Translations under genes and position numbers: made by a program
NCBI GenBank assembly: GCA_036172245.1
Contig: JAYWIR010000036.1
Location: forward strand, 1,612,001 to 1,676,000
Direction of reading: 5' to 3'
From: Raillietiella orientalis
Lineage: Eukaryota
DNA length: 64,000 nucleotides
Notes under the pieces: model-generated
The model's database searches: none
Told to the model about the DNA's origin: nothing
What the model saw: the letters and a program-made list of their open reading frames with translations, nothing else
Shown here: piece by piece, positions 13,501-26,043 of the stretch
Position numbering within the stretch: the stretch's first letter is position 1
How the letters are laid out: each line of letters opens with the position of its first letter

Positions 13501-16500
13501 AACCATGAAGATCGGATGAAACTCCAGCACACCCAACAAAACTACAAGTCCTTAGATGGGTCCGGCAGCCTGCTGCAGCTGGCCAGTGGAGTCACTTCCA
13601 CATGCGTTTTGAACTGAAATCCTCCGATCCGAACCTCAAATACGGAGCCAAAATCAAGAGCATTTTGCAATAGCAGCAAGTGAAGGATCGATATTTCACA
13701 CAGGCAACTTTTCCACATTAATGAGGGTTCAGAACCTACTCCCAATACCACTCGTAAAGATACAAACGAAAAAAGATCGGGTTAAGCTGTCAAGCCGAAT
13801 CCAGAATCATCAGGAAATTAGAGGAAAACAGTTCAGTTCCAAACTTTGAGTGTACCTTGGATGACTTCCGAGGCAAACTAGGCAATGATGGCCAAACTCG
13901 TAGAATAAAGACCGCAGCAACCCTCCAAGATCTCTACACTACTAAACGCGGAGGAGCACGTGAAACAATCCGGTCTCTGTGATTACACCCGGTCTCTGTG
14001 AAAAGAAACAGAACAAAAACATGAAAAGCCACACTCTGCAGATGCTACCCCGGAAGAAATGAGACAGAAAAGCAAGGGCTCGGAGTGAACAGACTTCAAG
14101 GAACCAGAGGCAAGGAAGCTACGAACTCCGAGATTTGAGTGACGTAAACGAACTGGAGCTCAGAAACGGTGATGCATCAAAAGAACTGGGAAAATAGAAA
14201 AGGAAGTCAGACTAAGGTAACGCGAGTGTTATCACGCAGAGCGAGCTTAAGGTGGGAAATGCTTTTGAGATGATTTCTGAGTTCGGATGGCACTCCACTT
14301 CAATGGCTGTAAAGAAGGGATACAGATGACGCTCAAATATGCTCTCACCTGCCGGTCTCATTCTATTGCGAACGCTGCTCTTCTGGGAAAAAAGCAGGAG
14401 TTTTAAAGTCCGGGTCCTGATTTCAACTACCGAGTGTGTCGCTAACATCTCATGAAAATCGAAAGATGGAAACCTCATCCTTTTCGACAGAACAAAGGAT
14501 CTCAGAAAGGAAGGAAGAAGGAATATCTGGGCGCAGACCACTGATTGAAAAAGTGTGTGTCCTGCAGGGTGCATCCCAGACAGTGTGGATGGACCACGGC
14601 ATCGAACGGATCTAGCACTCGCTAAGGTCGAGTTGTTCTGACAACTCTTGCGCTTGCGTCTGCTACACTCCCGAATCGGCCTTTCCCTGTTTTCTGCTCT
14701 AATTTTCAACTTTGGCCGTGCCTTTCAAGAGTCGAAATTTATTCGCAAGAGGGTTGTCGATTACGATACCCTATGCAGAGTTTCTTAATAAGACTGGAAA
14801 GAACAGATCCTCACGCACTGCGACCGCACCACACTTTGAATGCAAATCGCAACACTCGGCAAGAAACGACCGACTGACGCATTCACGGGCGCCTACCGGG
14901 CGTGAGCTGCACACCTCACTTGGGCAGCTGCAAGACAAATCCAGCCAGCTCTGGATAATTGCATCGATGGTAGAAGAAGAGAATGCGAGGACCCATGAAA
15001 GTCTGATGCCCATCCCGACGGAGCCACTTTAACGATGGCGTAGGCTTTGTGTATGAAAGCATGTACCAAAATTGCGCGCGCAAATATTGAAATTCGATAA
15101 ACATCTCCAAAATCTCTCGTGATTTTCGACATGATCCGACAAGTTCGGGAAGTCTGGGTTTGAAGGGGAGAGAGAAAAACAGAGACTACTTGAGAACTTT
15201 GGAATGCAACAAAGACGGCAACGCCATTTATTCATCACACATTCATATCTAATTACTGTCTTCATTTCATGGGCCACACACAATACAGATAATTTAACTC
15301 CACCATAATTTAACTGAAGTTACACTCTAAAAGCTATGCAAGAGCATATTCATAAACTCACAGATTATTCAAATATGATACAAGGCACATTGGATTTAAT
15401 GACAGATGCTCGGTGAGCACGAAATGATTCGCAAAAGGAAAGTCACGACTCAAAAATGCAATCAGATATAAATGAATGGTTTGCTACCTTCTATGAACAT
15501 TTTTTTTTGATGTTTCACCGTCTTTTCTAAAGTTTTAGACGTTATTGAAATCGAATAGTTTTCATAATCGAATTCTTCTGAATAATATCTGAACATATTC
15601 AGCCATAAAACTCCAACGGTGTCGTTGTTCCGGGTAACCCATTTTTCCTTAATAAGTGTATGATCTAAAAAAGAAATACAAAGAAAACCATTTTTAGTTC
15701 CTTCAATTTCACACACACTATCTGAAGTTTTGCATAACAGCATTTTCCCCATTCTTCTTTTACATGCTACTCGAATGTATACACACATACAGCGGAAAAC
15801 GCCCGCCCCAGCACTATTACATGTAACAAATAATGAATACTTATTGAAAGAATGATTACATGAACTGCACTTTAAAAAATCCATGCAGTACCCTCTGTAG
15901 TTTTAACTTAAATGAATGATGTTCGATCCAATTCGCTTTTCATACGTACTTAAAACACACACACACACACACACATATACATACATACAATGGAATGAGC
16001 GAATGTTTCAAAAGTATTAGCAACTTGCATGTTTCCACTATTACAATTTGATATTACAATCAGCGTGGAAGAATTTCGTTTTGGATTCACACACTTCAGA
16101 GCTTCTTATGAAACATGCATAAGAACTTTCTTTTTACAAGATTTACTTTCCTTCTTGGCACGGGACTCTTGTAGTAAAACATCATTCAAGACTTTCTGAA
16201 TCGCCAGAATCGTATGTGTGTATTCAAATTTTATGCAATCGCTAATTTCGAGCTGAACATCAAGATGTGCTGTGGCAAGTCCCGGAGCTTGACTGCATGA
16301 CCATTCCCATGCTTCGTCTCGTAAGAATGATTGCGAATGTGTGAAATCTCTGCTGATAAATTCGGATCCAATCTTTGAATTTTACGCAACTCAGATGTTG
16401 TGTCAGGGAACTAACTTCAGACGAATGCACTTGAAGGGGGGTTTCAGAAATTAGATCCCAGTTCGTCAACACATAGTTGAGATAAATCTCGCTACGTACA

Positions 16501-19500
16501 ATGAAAGATGAAAGTGAACATTAAATAATCAATCACAACCCTTTTTAACTACTTTTCGGATTGTATTTAAGTGTGTTCACTGCAGTCCCTAATGGAAGGA
16601 CATAAATGATTTAAGGACCTTCATCTTGTACTACAGACATTGCATCGTTGCTGAATCCAACATTTTTTATAATTTTCACATGCAGTAAGAAAGAAAAATC
16701 ACCAAACAGTCATTTAATGTCGACAATCCCATCATAAATCTCATAATACTCCCTTCTGTTTATGCCTGACTTAACTGAACATCATTCCTAAATTAGTTTG
16801 AAAACAAAGATCAAATTCAACATTCCCTTTCAAACCTCCTCTTCAGAACGATGTTTCGAGTGCCCTCACTCATGTTACTCTCAGCATCATGAACTAAGAT
16901 TGCAGTTCTCATATATGGGTAAAATAAAACTTCCATTAGAAATTCCGGAGAATGATTATTAATTTATTTTCATTTTAATTATGTTCACTTATCTGTAACT
17001 GTTATCTTATACAAGTTGCATATTTTCAGATTATTATTATTTGAAATAAAATAATAATTTGAAATGGCAAAAGTTGGAATTAAGGTAAAATTTTAGCTAC
17101 GACCTTACATCAAACACTCCTGATCTAGAGGCCAGCTTTCAAGCGTTCAGGAAATCCCAAGAATCTTTGTTTGATGTGAATAGTTGATTTATTAAAACGG
17201 TGAAAACCATAAATATCATTACAACACATACATGAAAGCTCAGTGAAAGCAACTACAAATAGCAAGAAAACACATTCATAAAAAAAAAAATAAAATAAGA
17301 TACAGTACTTAGTCGCCATATAAAACTGGTTTTTGTGATGAAGAATACATCTCAACTCTCATTGAGGACTAAAATGCAATAAAGGCTATTGATGAAAATA
17401 CTGAAGCTTAAGTAAAATTTAATGAAAATGTTTCGTACAACATTGGATAATTACCTTAAAGCACAGATTCAAAAAATGAAAAATAGTAATTACATAATGT
17501 TATGAATTCATATACTGACTTTGTAAAACTGTATACTGTACATTATTATACATACCGAAATTTGGATCTTCAAGCACTGATGGAGGAAACAAATCAGTGA
17601 GAATTGGTATTACATCACACTGTTGCAAAAAATGTGTCACCATAATTAAACAGCAATGTGGAACTAGCATATCTTCACTGTTATTCACAATACTGCAACA
17701 CTAGCAATACGAAATACAAATTTGATCTAATTGAAAAATATGCACAAATAACATACAAAGCATTCTATAAAAAAAATCATACTTACAACAAATTCAATTA
17801 TTTGAATTTGAATTTTATTGAAAGTCGATGAGACGTTGTTTTAATTTATTTCAATACACATTTGCAATATCCATTACCGTAGCTTTAGCTTTGATAATTC
17901 AGCAGCCAATAAATAGTTCCTGTAGCTATATAAAGCATGCATGTGATACAAATTCCTAAGTATTCCATTGTGTACATACATATTTCATTCACGAACAAAT
18001 CCACTTTACTGTCACAATATCTATGAAAGGCCACACAAATAGAAATACATGAACAAACAAACATGTTGGAACTTTTTATGTCTTCATCCAATTCTATTCT
18101 CTATCCAACTGAAGAACAAATGAACTAAAGATCCTTTATTAATGAATGAATCTTTTTTTCAGGTCAACTTTACCAATGATCTTTCTAGCAACAAAATAAT
18201 GACTTGCTCAGCTACCTACGTAACTGTCTTTTGTGAAATTTTGCCCATGCTCAATTCAAAACTAAACCAAACATATCACTCATCACAAATTTATTGATGC
18301 AAATCAACCTAATGATCACCGTACTTTAAATAAAAGATGGAGGAATTGAAGCAATAAAAAACCTGTGGAAAAAAATGTGGCAAACTTTGCTTTTTCAATT
18401 CGCGAATGTCTTTTTACTAGAACTAGAACTTCAGTTATAATCGAATGAAATCAAATATAATAAAATAAAGTTGCTTGCAAAGACTTTACATGCCAAATAT
18501 GTACTTCAGACTTTACTCAGATTAAGGTGCTACAGCATCAATACAAATGGTCAAGTGAGTTTTGATATTTAGGAATAGTAAAGAGGAATCATGAATCTGG
18601 CATGAAGGAAATCATCTTGAAGACCATTATAAATAATGAAATAGTATCAAGTCTAAAGAAAAACAAATTAAAAATTAAGCAGCAAAAAACACGAAATTGA
18701 TCTTGTAAACTCGGAGATTAATGTCCCAGAAATTAAGTAAAATCACAGTTTACCACACATGCATGTAGTTCTGACAAAAAACACACATAAACTTTGTATT
18801 TTTTGCCTCAATCTTAAAACGAAAAACTTGCAGCTTTACATGCCACTAGACGTTAGTTGAGAAAGTGATAGGAAACAAAGAGACGAAAAACAAAAACAGA
18901 AACTAAATGTTACACAAGTACTTCACATGGTTAAAATGTTACCTATTGCATTACCAACAACTGAGAACTCACCTCAAAGACTGCACATACCTATGATGAA
19001 ACCGGAAGCTATAAACAGTGGAAACTGAAATCAGACTGAAACAAATGCAGAACATTGACATGTACAGGCAAAGAAATATGCTGTATTTAGCTACAGAGAA
19101 GGAAGACAAAGGTTATATGTGATAAAAACAAAGAACCTATTCATGCTGATATTTGGGGATGCAATTGTCAGCTTTGATAAAATAAAACATTTCATCTAAC
19201 TCAAACTTAAGACTAGTGGTAAATTAAATGGCTTGAGAGGAAGCTAACACATCAACTAAACTTATTGTTCAAAGGAGATCATTTGGATCATTTGAACAGG
19301 AAATAAACATTCTCAGGTCTATGTCCTCGTATAAATACTTCACTTGTTTCAAGATTTAGCTCCGGATTTGATTTATCTTTTGCTCGTCACTTGAAAGCTT
19401 TCATCAAAAGATATGCTGATGAATACACCTCGAAGATTTTCAACTCCTGCTTATAAAATTTATTCTTCCTTTTTTTCGTCTTTAATTCTCTCTTGAAACT

Positions 19501-22500
19501 TCCAGTTTGAAAACACATCATAAAATTATTTTGCAGAACAAGGCTTAAGGGCATATTTTGAACATGGGACAGCAAATTTTGCTTTGCAATTACTCTGCAT
19601 GTAAAGTTTTACACTATTCAAAGCTGACCTCAAAAACCCTTTCCTCAAATGAAACAATGAAATAGGATTTCATTGCAAAGTGCTTCACAAATGTTTCATA
19701 TGTAACAATGCTTGGTATATTAAAACAAATTTAACATATGAAATGACGTCATTTTGTAGCTGTCTTTTAATGCACATTTTTTTAATACCTTAATATAAGC
19801 TGATACAGTAGTTTCCAAGACAAAACTGCCTTCTGCAAAAGGCTAAAATTTTCAGTATTTTATTATGCTCTTTACAACATAATCAGAAAACACATGCATG
19901 GCAGAGAAAAACTCATTAAATACTGTATACAATGAATGCATGCTAAATGCTTATATTCAACAGAAACAAGAATTGAAATTAAAAATCAAAATCACTAAGA
20001 ATATCATCATATGTGATATTTTTACCTTATTCCAATGAAGAAAATTAATACATAGTGTCCGAACACGTGGATCAAGTTTGATATACATCTCTAAAAGATT
20101 ACTTGTAAGGCAGATTTTTGGATTGCCTACTTTAAGTTCATGTGTAACTTTATTAATAGCATCTTGGAATTTTATTGTAGGTACCTTTGCATTCAGATAC
20201 TTCTCCAATGAACTAAAAAAGAATTTTTTTTTTAACCCTCAAGATGCACAGTTTTAAAATATGCAAATGCATTGCGTGTTTTATATTTTGCTAATTTTGC
20301 TGAATTCACACCAAACTTGCCGATCAGGGTTTAGATAACAGTTACAAAACATGTTGAAAAATTTCAACACAAGCACAATAACTAAAATACACAATTATCA
20401 AATTGTTAAAGAATCTTATTTAAAATAGATGGTTATAATTCATCCCTTGACAAAACACTGAAATGCCATCGAAATTCTTCCCTAAGAATTGTTAATGTGT
20501 ACTTTGAATAGTGGGAAAACATGGACAATTTTCTACGGCAGCAAAATAAATTAATAATATTCTTAATACTAAAATAAGGAAATACACAATTAAAGGCACA
20601 CTAATATTGTACCATAATTACATAACAAATTAACATAAGACTCAGAATTTTCATGGAAAGCAGTACATAGAAAGCAGCACACTTTATCTAATCTGACACT
20701 GTAATAATTAAGAACATAAATAAATAACACAGACAAGTAAACCTGCTGAAACAGATTCTTTGGTGCATTCTATAAAACCAATTTATTTGCTTAAATACCA
20801 TGAATACCATTAGAAAATGGCGAAAAGAATAAGCTGTAAATGCAATATAGAATACCAAGTAGTCTTCTAAAACAAGTCTCTATTAGCTGCAAAGTAGGAT
20901 GCATGTGCAACATCCAACATACTTCATAAGATAGATTTTACAAATATTTCTGATCAACTGCTTACTTTGCATTGATCAACTGAAAAATTTCAAAGTACAG
21001 TGAAAGCAATACTGCAATGATATGCTGATACCAAGAAGACTGTTGATACCAAGTTAAAATTTGAATTTAAAATGAATTCTGCATCAATAAGACAATGCAG
21101 GACTCTTTACAAAATGAACACATCTATATCAAAGTTTCCATTCAAATTCAGTGTCAACTGCACTGATTTTTCAGACATCAACCTCACATACTATCTTCAT
21201 ATTAGGCATAGATGGACATTAGAAACTGATGTTTGTTAACATTTAAAGCAGTACATCATCATCAGGGAAGCACTTTCCTGTCTTTCTTTCATAACCTCTT
21301 CCAATCCATTAAACTAAACTTTTTCTGGCTATCAACATTTTGTATTTCAGATGCAGAGCCATGTACACTTTTCTAACTATCTAACAAAATGTATCCCAAT
21401 ATTGGCTCAAAGTTTCATTCTTATCTGAAAATAGGAAAATAAGCTGGAGAACTCTAAAGAATGAAAACCATGTTTTCTCCTACGTCTCCATAATGATTGT
21501 AACACTTCATCAGCCCTTGTTGATTTCCGAGACATATCCAAGAACTATAATGAACATATCTTACGAAAGGGAGGAACGTACTTCATTCAATTTTTATTTT
21601 ATCATATCACTGCTCAATCTGGAGAAATCATGAACCTGCTAGTTTCATGCAATAATCAGAAATCAATGGTTCCTATCAAATTTATGATCCATATCCCAAT
21701 CACAGAATTCGGAAACCAATATGTCCAAAACTACTCATCTCTTGTACGTCATTCATCAGCTACCTGTATTATGAATATGATTACTCTACAAATAACATTC
21801 CGGACAGTTCCCATGTGTTGTTTCCATGATAACAAACATACATCTTCAAACAGAGTTATTATATATACGCAACATTTTTCTACGATTTTAGTAAAATCTT
21901 TCAATAACCACAATTCCGAACTAAGTCCATTATCTACGAAAAACAATGCAATCAGATCAATGATGACTTCATACCTATGTCACCAAACTTTCCAGTCAAT
22001 CAAACTCGAATGATTTTTTTTTGGATTAATCACTAAGTATTGGAATAAAATTAATTTTTACCAATAACAATATCCACTTCAATGTAATTGTTACTTCATC
22101 CATATGTGTAATGCAGTTGTGTACTTGCCTTCTTTGTCAAATTGACCAAGACTTTTGCTGAGTGAATTTAGTGATTCATCTTTCAATTCAAAAACTTAAA
22201 TCATAAGAAAGCTTGGAAAAAAATTACTTACAAATAATTTTGTGCTTAACTGTACAGAAACAGAAATGTGCTGCTGTTTTCACATATATAAGTATACCAA
22301 TCATTTTTAACAATTTTAACATATACTCAACTTCCTTGAATCTTCTTGTTTTAAATTACACTGGAGAAGAATATGTTCCCAATGTAGCATACAATTTAAG
22401 TGTATTTAAGTCTTCTTATTTATTTGCTTCCACTTTTATGCAATTTTTACATTAGAAAACGTCAATTTTTTCCACAAACCTGTCTACACTTCTTAGCTCA

Positions 22501-25500
22501 TCATTTGCTATTCTTGATATTCTCATCAGAATAACATCGCCTTACTATCATATTATCATTCACTGAATTCTTCAATATGTATAATACTAACAATGACCAT
22601 AAACGACTAAGATACAAAGGACTAAAGAAATTTAAGTAATTATGACGCATTCGATTTTTGTTTGAAGTTTCCTAATAATTAAGATATATTTGATAAATTA
22701 ATAAAGATCTTCAACTCCAAGCATGTGATTTCTATAAGAAAAATCACAGGCTTTATTAAATAACAATTTTATAACACTGATTGATCTGCTAGATGCTGAC
22801 GAATTGAAATTTTGGACTATCAAAAAGCCAAAATCATTGTCATCTTCTTCTCTTGCATTTTAATTCTAGCTTCACCAACCAATGCTACATCATAGAATAC
22901 TGTGCATTTATTAGTATATACTTAGGGTATTCGTAAATCAAATTATATTTCAATTTCTCTTGCTAATTAGACAAACCTAATTACTCAGAATCCTTAGATA
23001 TAATTGTAAACATTATATTCTCTGGCAAGTGCAATATTCAATTAAATAATAAATATATTTATCTGTTACATATTAGTCTTTATTAAATTAAATTAGTATT
23101 TACATAAGTTTTTATGTGATTATTAAATACTGCAAAATAATATTTGAAATCACTTTCTAAATGATCGATTTAACTTAATTAGACATATTGTCTTAAACAG
23201 CCCTCCAGTGATCAACTCAAAGAACTCACTGAATGTGAACCTGAGTTTCTGGATTCATTACTTGAGTTTTCAGTGCTTTGAAATAACTTTTAAGCATTAA
23301 AGAAATAGAGAGTAATTCAAACCAAAATCAGTGCTATAAAACTGTATGCTCGGTTTTATATCACCTTAAGGGTTTTAAAATGCATACAAAGCCATATTAC
23401 TTTGGGAAAATGAGAAAAATTTCAATAATCGATTACACTTGAGGAAACAATTACAATTCTGTAATCAGTTGATCAAAAAACAAAGACAGGCCACAAATTT
23501 CCAGAAGACAGGAATGTTATAGAGACTAATGCTTTTTTTAGAATACGAAATTCCAAGAACTAAAGTAACTCATGGACTAAATGACTTCAAACATATCATT
23601 TTTTTCTTTCTCCCACTATGAAATGTAATTAGATTTATGATTAACAACATAACTTACAAGAAACTAAAACTTCCCAGCATAGGTGCCTTGCATCAGTCAA
23701 TTTTTGAATTTTCAATTTAATAAAGTCAAAAATCAACAAATAAATCTTCAAGTTGGCTTACAAATTGCAAACTCTGAAAACGCTTTCTTCTTGTTTTAGT
23801 TTAGTTTAGTTTTATTTTTTAACACCCGTTAGTCTAAAGTGCAATAAAAGTTTGTTCTCTCCTTGGTTGCACACATTATTAAATTCTGATAAATAATTTA
23901 TTTTATTTTGTTACACAGACAATCATAACCAATGATAAAAATAAATCAACAGCATTGTGTTTACAAAGCACTTTAGAAGATTTTCAAAGACTTGCTTATG
24001 TTCATATCGCATACTAGTACCCTGATATTATTGCATTAATTATGTGTGGATGCCAACACATCCTTATACCAGATCTCTATATGTTGTCATCTTAATTTTC
24101 AATAATGAGATGACACCACAATCTTGAAGATGAGTGATAAGTGATAAACTTCATAACACATGATATTATATTATTATCTACTCTTATTACCTATCTCTAA
24201 TTACACATGATACTAACTGTAAATACCCATCTAAAATCAGCTGCTATTAGCTCATTTTTGCATATGACACAATCCTACTGATTAGATTGCAAAGTAAATC
24301 CAGAAATTTTGATACTAACCAGTAAGCTAAGGAATCACTTATCAAACTGAAAGTCTTTAAAAATATTGTTCTTGCAGCATCATCATTTGAACAAATTATA
24401 CGAATATTTACATTGGATGTACTGAATGCTGTACTTGTTTTTGTAGAACCATATAACACACAAGAATATTCTAGAAAAAAAAAATCATATTATATCCAAT
24501 TACTAGATAATCTTACCAAAATTTTCAAAATGTGGTTTTAAAAAATCACAAAATTTAACAAACAGCTGAAACCGTACTTCTGCCTCTTTTTGTGATGCAT
24601 ACTTTTTTTCAAACTCATGTAAAATGGAACTTAACAAGGCAGAATTTTCATATTTAATGGTTTTTTCAGACAATGATAATGTTTTCAACTAATCAATAAG
24701 ATTACAGTTCGCATTAGATACCAAACTATTTACTTACTTTAAATAAAATTTGATGCCTTTTGTTACTGTTTATGTGCTGTTTGATTAAAGTAACACTCTT
24801 AAATTTACACTGACAAAGTTTGCATAGGAAATGAGAAGATTCCAAATTGAGATTCTTCTAAAATTGAAATTAAGTTAAGATCTTTTTCGTTCACCATGTA
24901 TACTTTGAGTAATCACAATAAAATACAGTCTAACCAAATCATGTACCTCTTTCACAACATGTACATCATGCTTTTCCAATTCTATAAGATCAGAATCAGT
25001 AATAACATCTTTGGCATATTTTTCTGGCTTCTCATTGGAAATAACTAAAATTACATTTATTAATAGCAGAATTACCTAAGTTACATGATTTTGGAAAATT
25101 CAACACGATGTAAGAATTATACTACAGAATAACTTTTCGTACAAATCAGTACAGAAAACACTGAATTACACTACATACCTTTACCCTGAGATACTAATTT
25201 ATGGTCTTGATTGACATTTCTGTTTGCTAACTTTTGTACTTTGTCATTTTTTTCTAAAACAGATGGCAATTCAACATTTGGTTTATTTGCACTCCCACTA
25301 TTCGATTGTGCATTATCTTTCATAGTCATGTCACTAACGTGGCAGTTCAATTGCTTAGTTTGGGGAATATTTTCAATACTAATGGTGGCAGATTTTGTAT
25401 TTACATCTTTGTTTGCACTATTTACATGATTATTTTGCAATAATAATGTAGAGTTCTTAGAAGATTCAAATGTTAAGGTTTTCTGAGTAAAATTTCCCTT

Positions 25501-26043
25501 CCTGTTTTTGGAGTACTCATCAATTTCCTTGTTAGAAGCACAGCAACCTTTAGATAATAATTTCGTAGCTTCTGGTATATTAGACTTTGGATGTTCATTC
25601 TGGGGTACACATAAAGTTGCTGATGAATTTTTTGCAAGCATCTTTCCACGAGGATTCTTCTCCACAGACTTTTGATGCGTCATTCGGGTACACCGATTCA
25701 ACATTGGTTCAGTATCATTCACAGTTGGCTCTGAAGACTCAAACTTGGTAAGGGATTCACTGGCACTTGTTTCTTCTTGAACAAGTTTGGAAGTACCATC
25801 AATATTGAGACCTTTACTTTGATATTTGGAAAATTTCTTTTTTTTAAACTTAGTGGTTTTGGAGGAAGTAGTAGGAAAATCATTGTTATCTTCCTGACAA
25901 CTTGCTGCAGCACTCGAAGCATTATTTTTCCCTTTTAGTTTCACACCTTTAACCATTTCTTTCTTTTGCTCAGATAGAATCCGTTGCGCATCATAAAGCG
26001 AAGGAAAATCTGTTAAGTTTGGATTGTAATAAGCCGATTTCAT
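1430..26043 (-). CDS. TUT4/7: Terminal uridylyltransferase 4/7-like gene (ZCCHC11/ZCCHC6 family), 13 coding exons in the window, 3' end lies beyond position 1
   Basis: Exons 25179-26043, 24947-25044, 24738-24857, 24517-24688, 24320-24470, 20026-20212, 17556-17700, 15488-15664, 9927-10142, 9656-9895, 6653-6840, 1710-1928, 1430-1576 join through GT-AG introns with compatible phases (2925 nt, 975 codons). Domain order matches TUT4/7: C2H2 finger, degenerate NTase, PAP-associated, CCHC knuckle, active NTase (FGS..SDVDI; AKVPIVKF; EGDISLYN; IGDASRGSLSSYAY). Confidence 0.93.
1710..1928 (-). CDS. TUT4/7: TUT4/7-like exon 12
   Basis: IIPITSAKVPIVKFMHKSTRLEGDISLYNTLGLRNTQMLRLYCDIDERVQ, includes the third catalytic Asp; acceptor tttttcag, donor CAG|gtaata. 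Confidence 0.95.
2300..2800 (-). mobile_element. Possible Ty3/Gypsy gag remnant
   Basis: RMPALWTDTALQKLEA...QFHCFIAS resembles the gag N-terminal pattern LPxFW..P..W...EA...KF..VIAS. Confidence 0.3.
4300..9000. mobile_element. Mixed decayed LINE fragments in TUT introns (excluding exon 6653-6840)
   Basis: GMGNSLLKFC (endonuclease NxNGxxLLxFC, about 6400, minus); VCIPRRSGAGALEIPEI (LxxPxxxGGLxIP, about 7330, minus); RTE-like tail near 5700-5950 (plus). Confidence 0.3.
6653..6840 (-). CDS. TUT4/7: TUT4/7-like exon 11, catalytic NTase motif
   Basis: HLQFFGSTCSGFAFPRSDVDICMT (GS..DxD intact); acceptor cttcag, donor gtaaga. Confidence 0.93.
9656..9895 (-). CDS. TUT4/7: TUT4/7-like exon 10, CCHC zinc knuckle
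   Basis: PRLCSFCRGMGHLKNHCP (CX2CX4HX4C); donor G|gtatga. The 5' boundary assumes the 31-nt intron at 9896-9926. Confidence 0.85.
9927..10142 (-). CDS. TUT4/7: TUT4/7-like exon 9
   Basis: (D)PYMIDYNAANKLFCSTQFEYLMLCFHASLLYF; acceptor ttccttcag, donor CAG|gtatgt. Confidence 0.82.
12200..13210 (-). mobile_element. Decayed LINE AP-endonuclease fragment
   Basis: ARNPLGM...LNALALAES (NxxG..DIxxLxET) and IAVGGVFHS (IxGGDFNS). Confidence 0.5.
13500..15200 (-). mobile_element. Decayed L1/Tx1-type reverse transcriptase fragment in a TUT intron
   Basis: Collinear eroded RT motifs: KVAPSGW (KxPGxDG), DLHSKCG...PVLLRNSA*GI...LANKF (LIxKKG..RPISLLNxDxKI..LANRL), VLSKRMRFP (VLxxMGF), RPAGESIF...FTAIEV (RQG..SPLLF..AIE). 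Confidence 0.55.
15488..15664 (-). CDS. TUT4/7: TUT4/7-like exon 8, PAP-associated domain
   Basis: NNDTVGVLWLNMFRYYSEEFDYENYSISI...MFIE; continues into DP(Y) of the next exon, giving the IEDP motif. Confidence 0.9.
15953..15989 (+). repeat. (CA)n/(TACA)n microsatellite
   Basis: Read directly: acacac...atatacatacataca. Confidence 0.85.
17556..17700 (-). CDS. TUT4/7: TUT4/7-like exon 7
   Basis: CCSIVNNSEDMLVPHCCLIMVTHFLQQCDVIPILTD (hMVhhFLQQ motif); donor G|gtatgt. Confidence 0.88.
20026..20212 (-). CDS. TUT4/7: TUT4/7-like exon 6
   Basis: AKVPTIKFQD...LTSNLLEMYIKLDPRVRTLCINFLHWNK, typical non-canonical PAP/TUT core; acceptor ttttttag, donor AAG|gtaaaa. Confidence 0.9.
24320..24470 (-). CDS. 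TUT4/7: TUT4/7-like exon 5, degenerate NTase motif
   Basis: (E)YSCVLYGSTKTSTAFSTSNVNIRI: the hG[S/G] motif followed by SNVNI where DxD would be; acceptor ttttctag, donor gttagt. Confidence 0.85.
24517..24688 (-). CDS. TUT4/7: TUT4/7-like exon 4
   Basis: LKTLSLSEK...KPHFENF; donor G|gtaaga; bounded by 49-nt and 46-nt introns. Confidence 0.82.
24738..24857 (-). CDS. TUT4/7: TUT4/7-like exon 3, C2H2 zinc finger
   Basis: KNLNLESSHFLCKLCQCKFKSVTLIKQHINSNKRHQILFK (CxxC...H...H); acceptor ttttag, donor gtaagt; phase 0-0. Confidence 0.88.
24947..25044 (-). CDS. TUT4/7: TUT4/7-like exon 2
   Basis: Acceptor ttttag, donor GAG|gtacat; reads (V)ISNEKPEKYAKDVITDSDLIELEKHDVHVVKE in frame. Confidence 0.8.
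25179..26043 (-). CDS. TUT4/7: TUT4/7-like coding exon 1 (low-complexity K/N/S-rich N-terminus)
   Basis: Longest ORF in the AT-rich block (290 aa). ATG at 26043 in AAAACAATG-like context; donor AAG|GTATGT at 25178; phase 1 matches the next exon. Confidence 0.75.

Noticed and set aside
16850..16895. Hammerhead-like GAGTG-AGGG-CACTC-GAAAC on the minus strand
   Set aside because: The CUGANGA core is not intact (AACATGA) and stems I and III could not be found.
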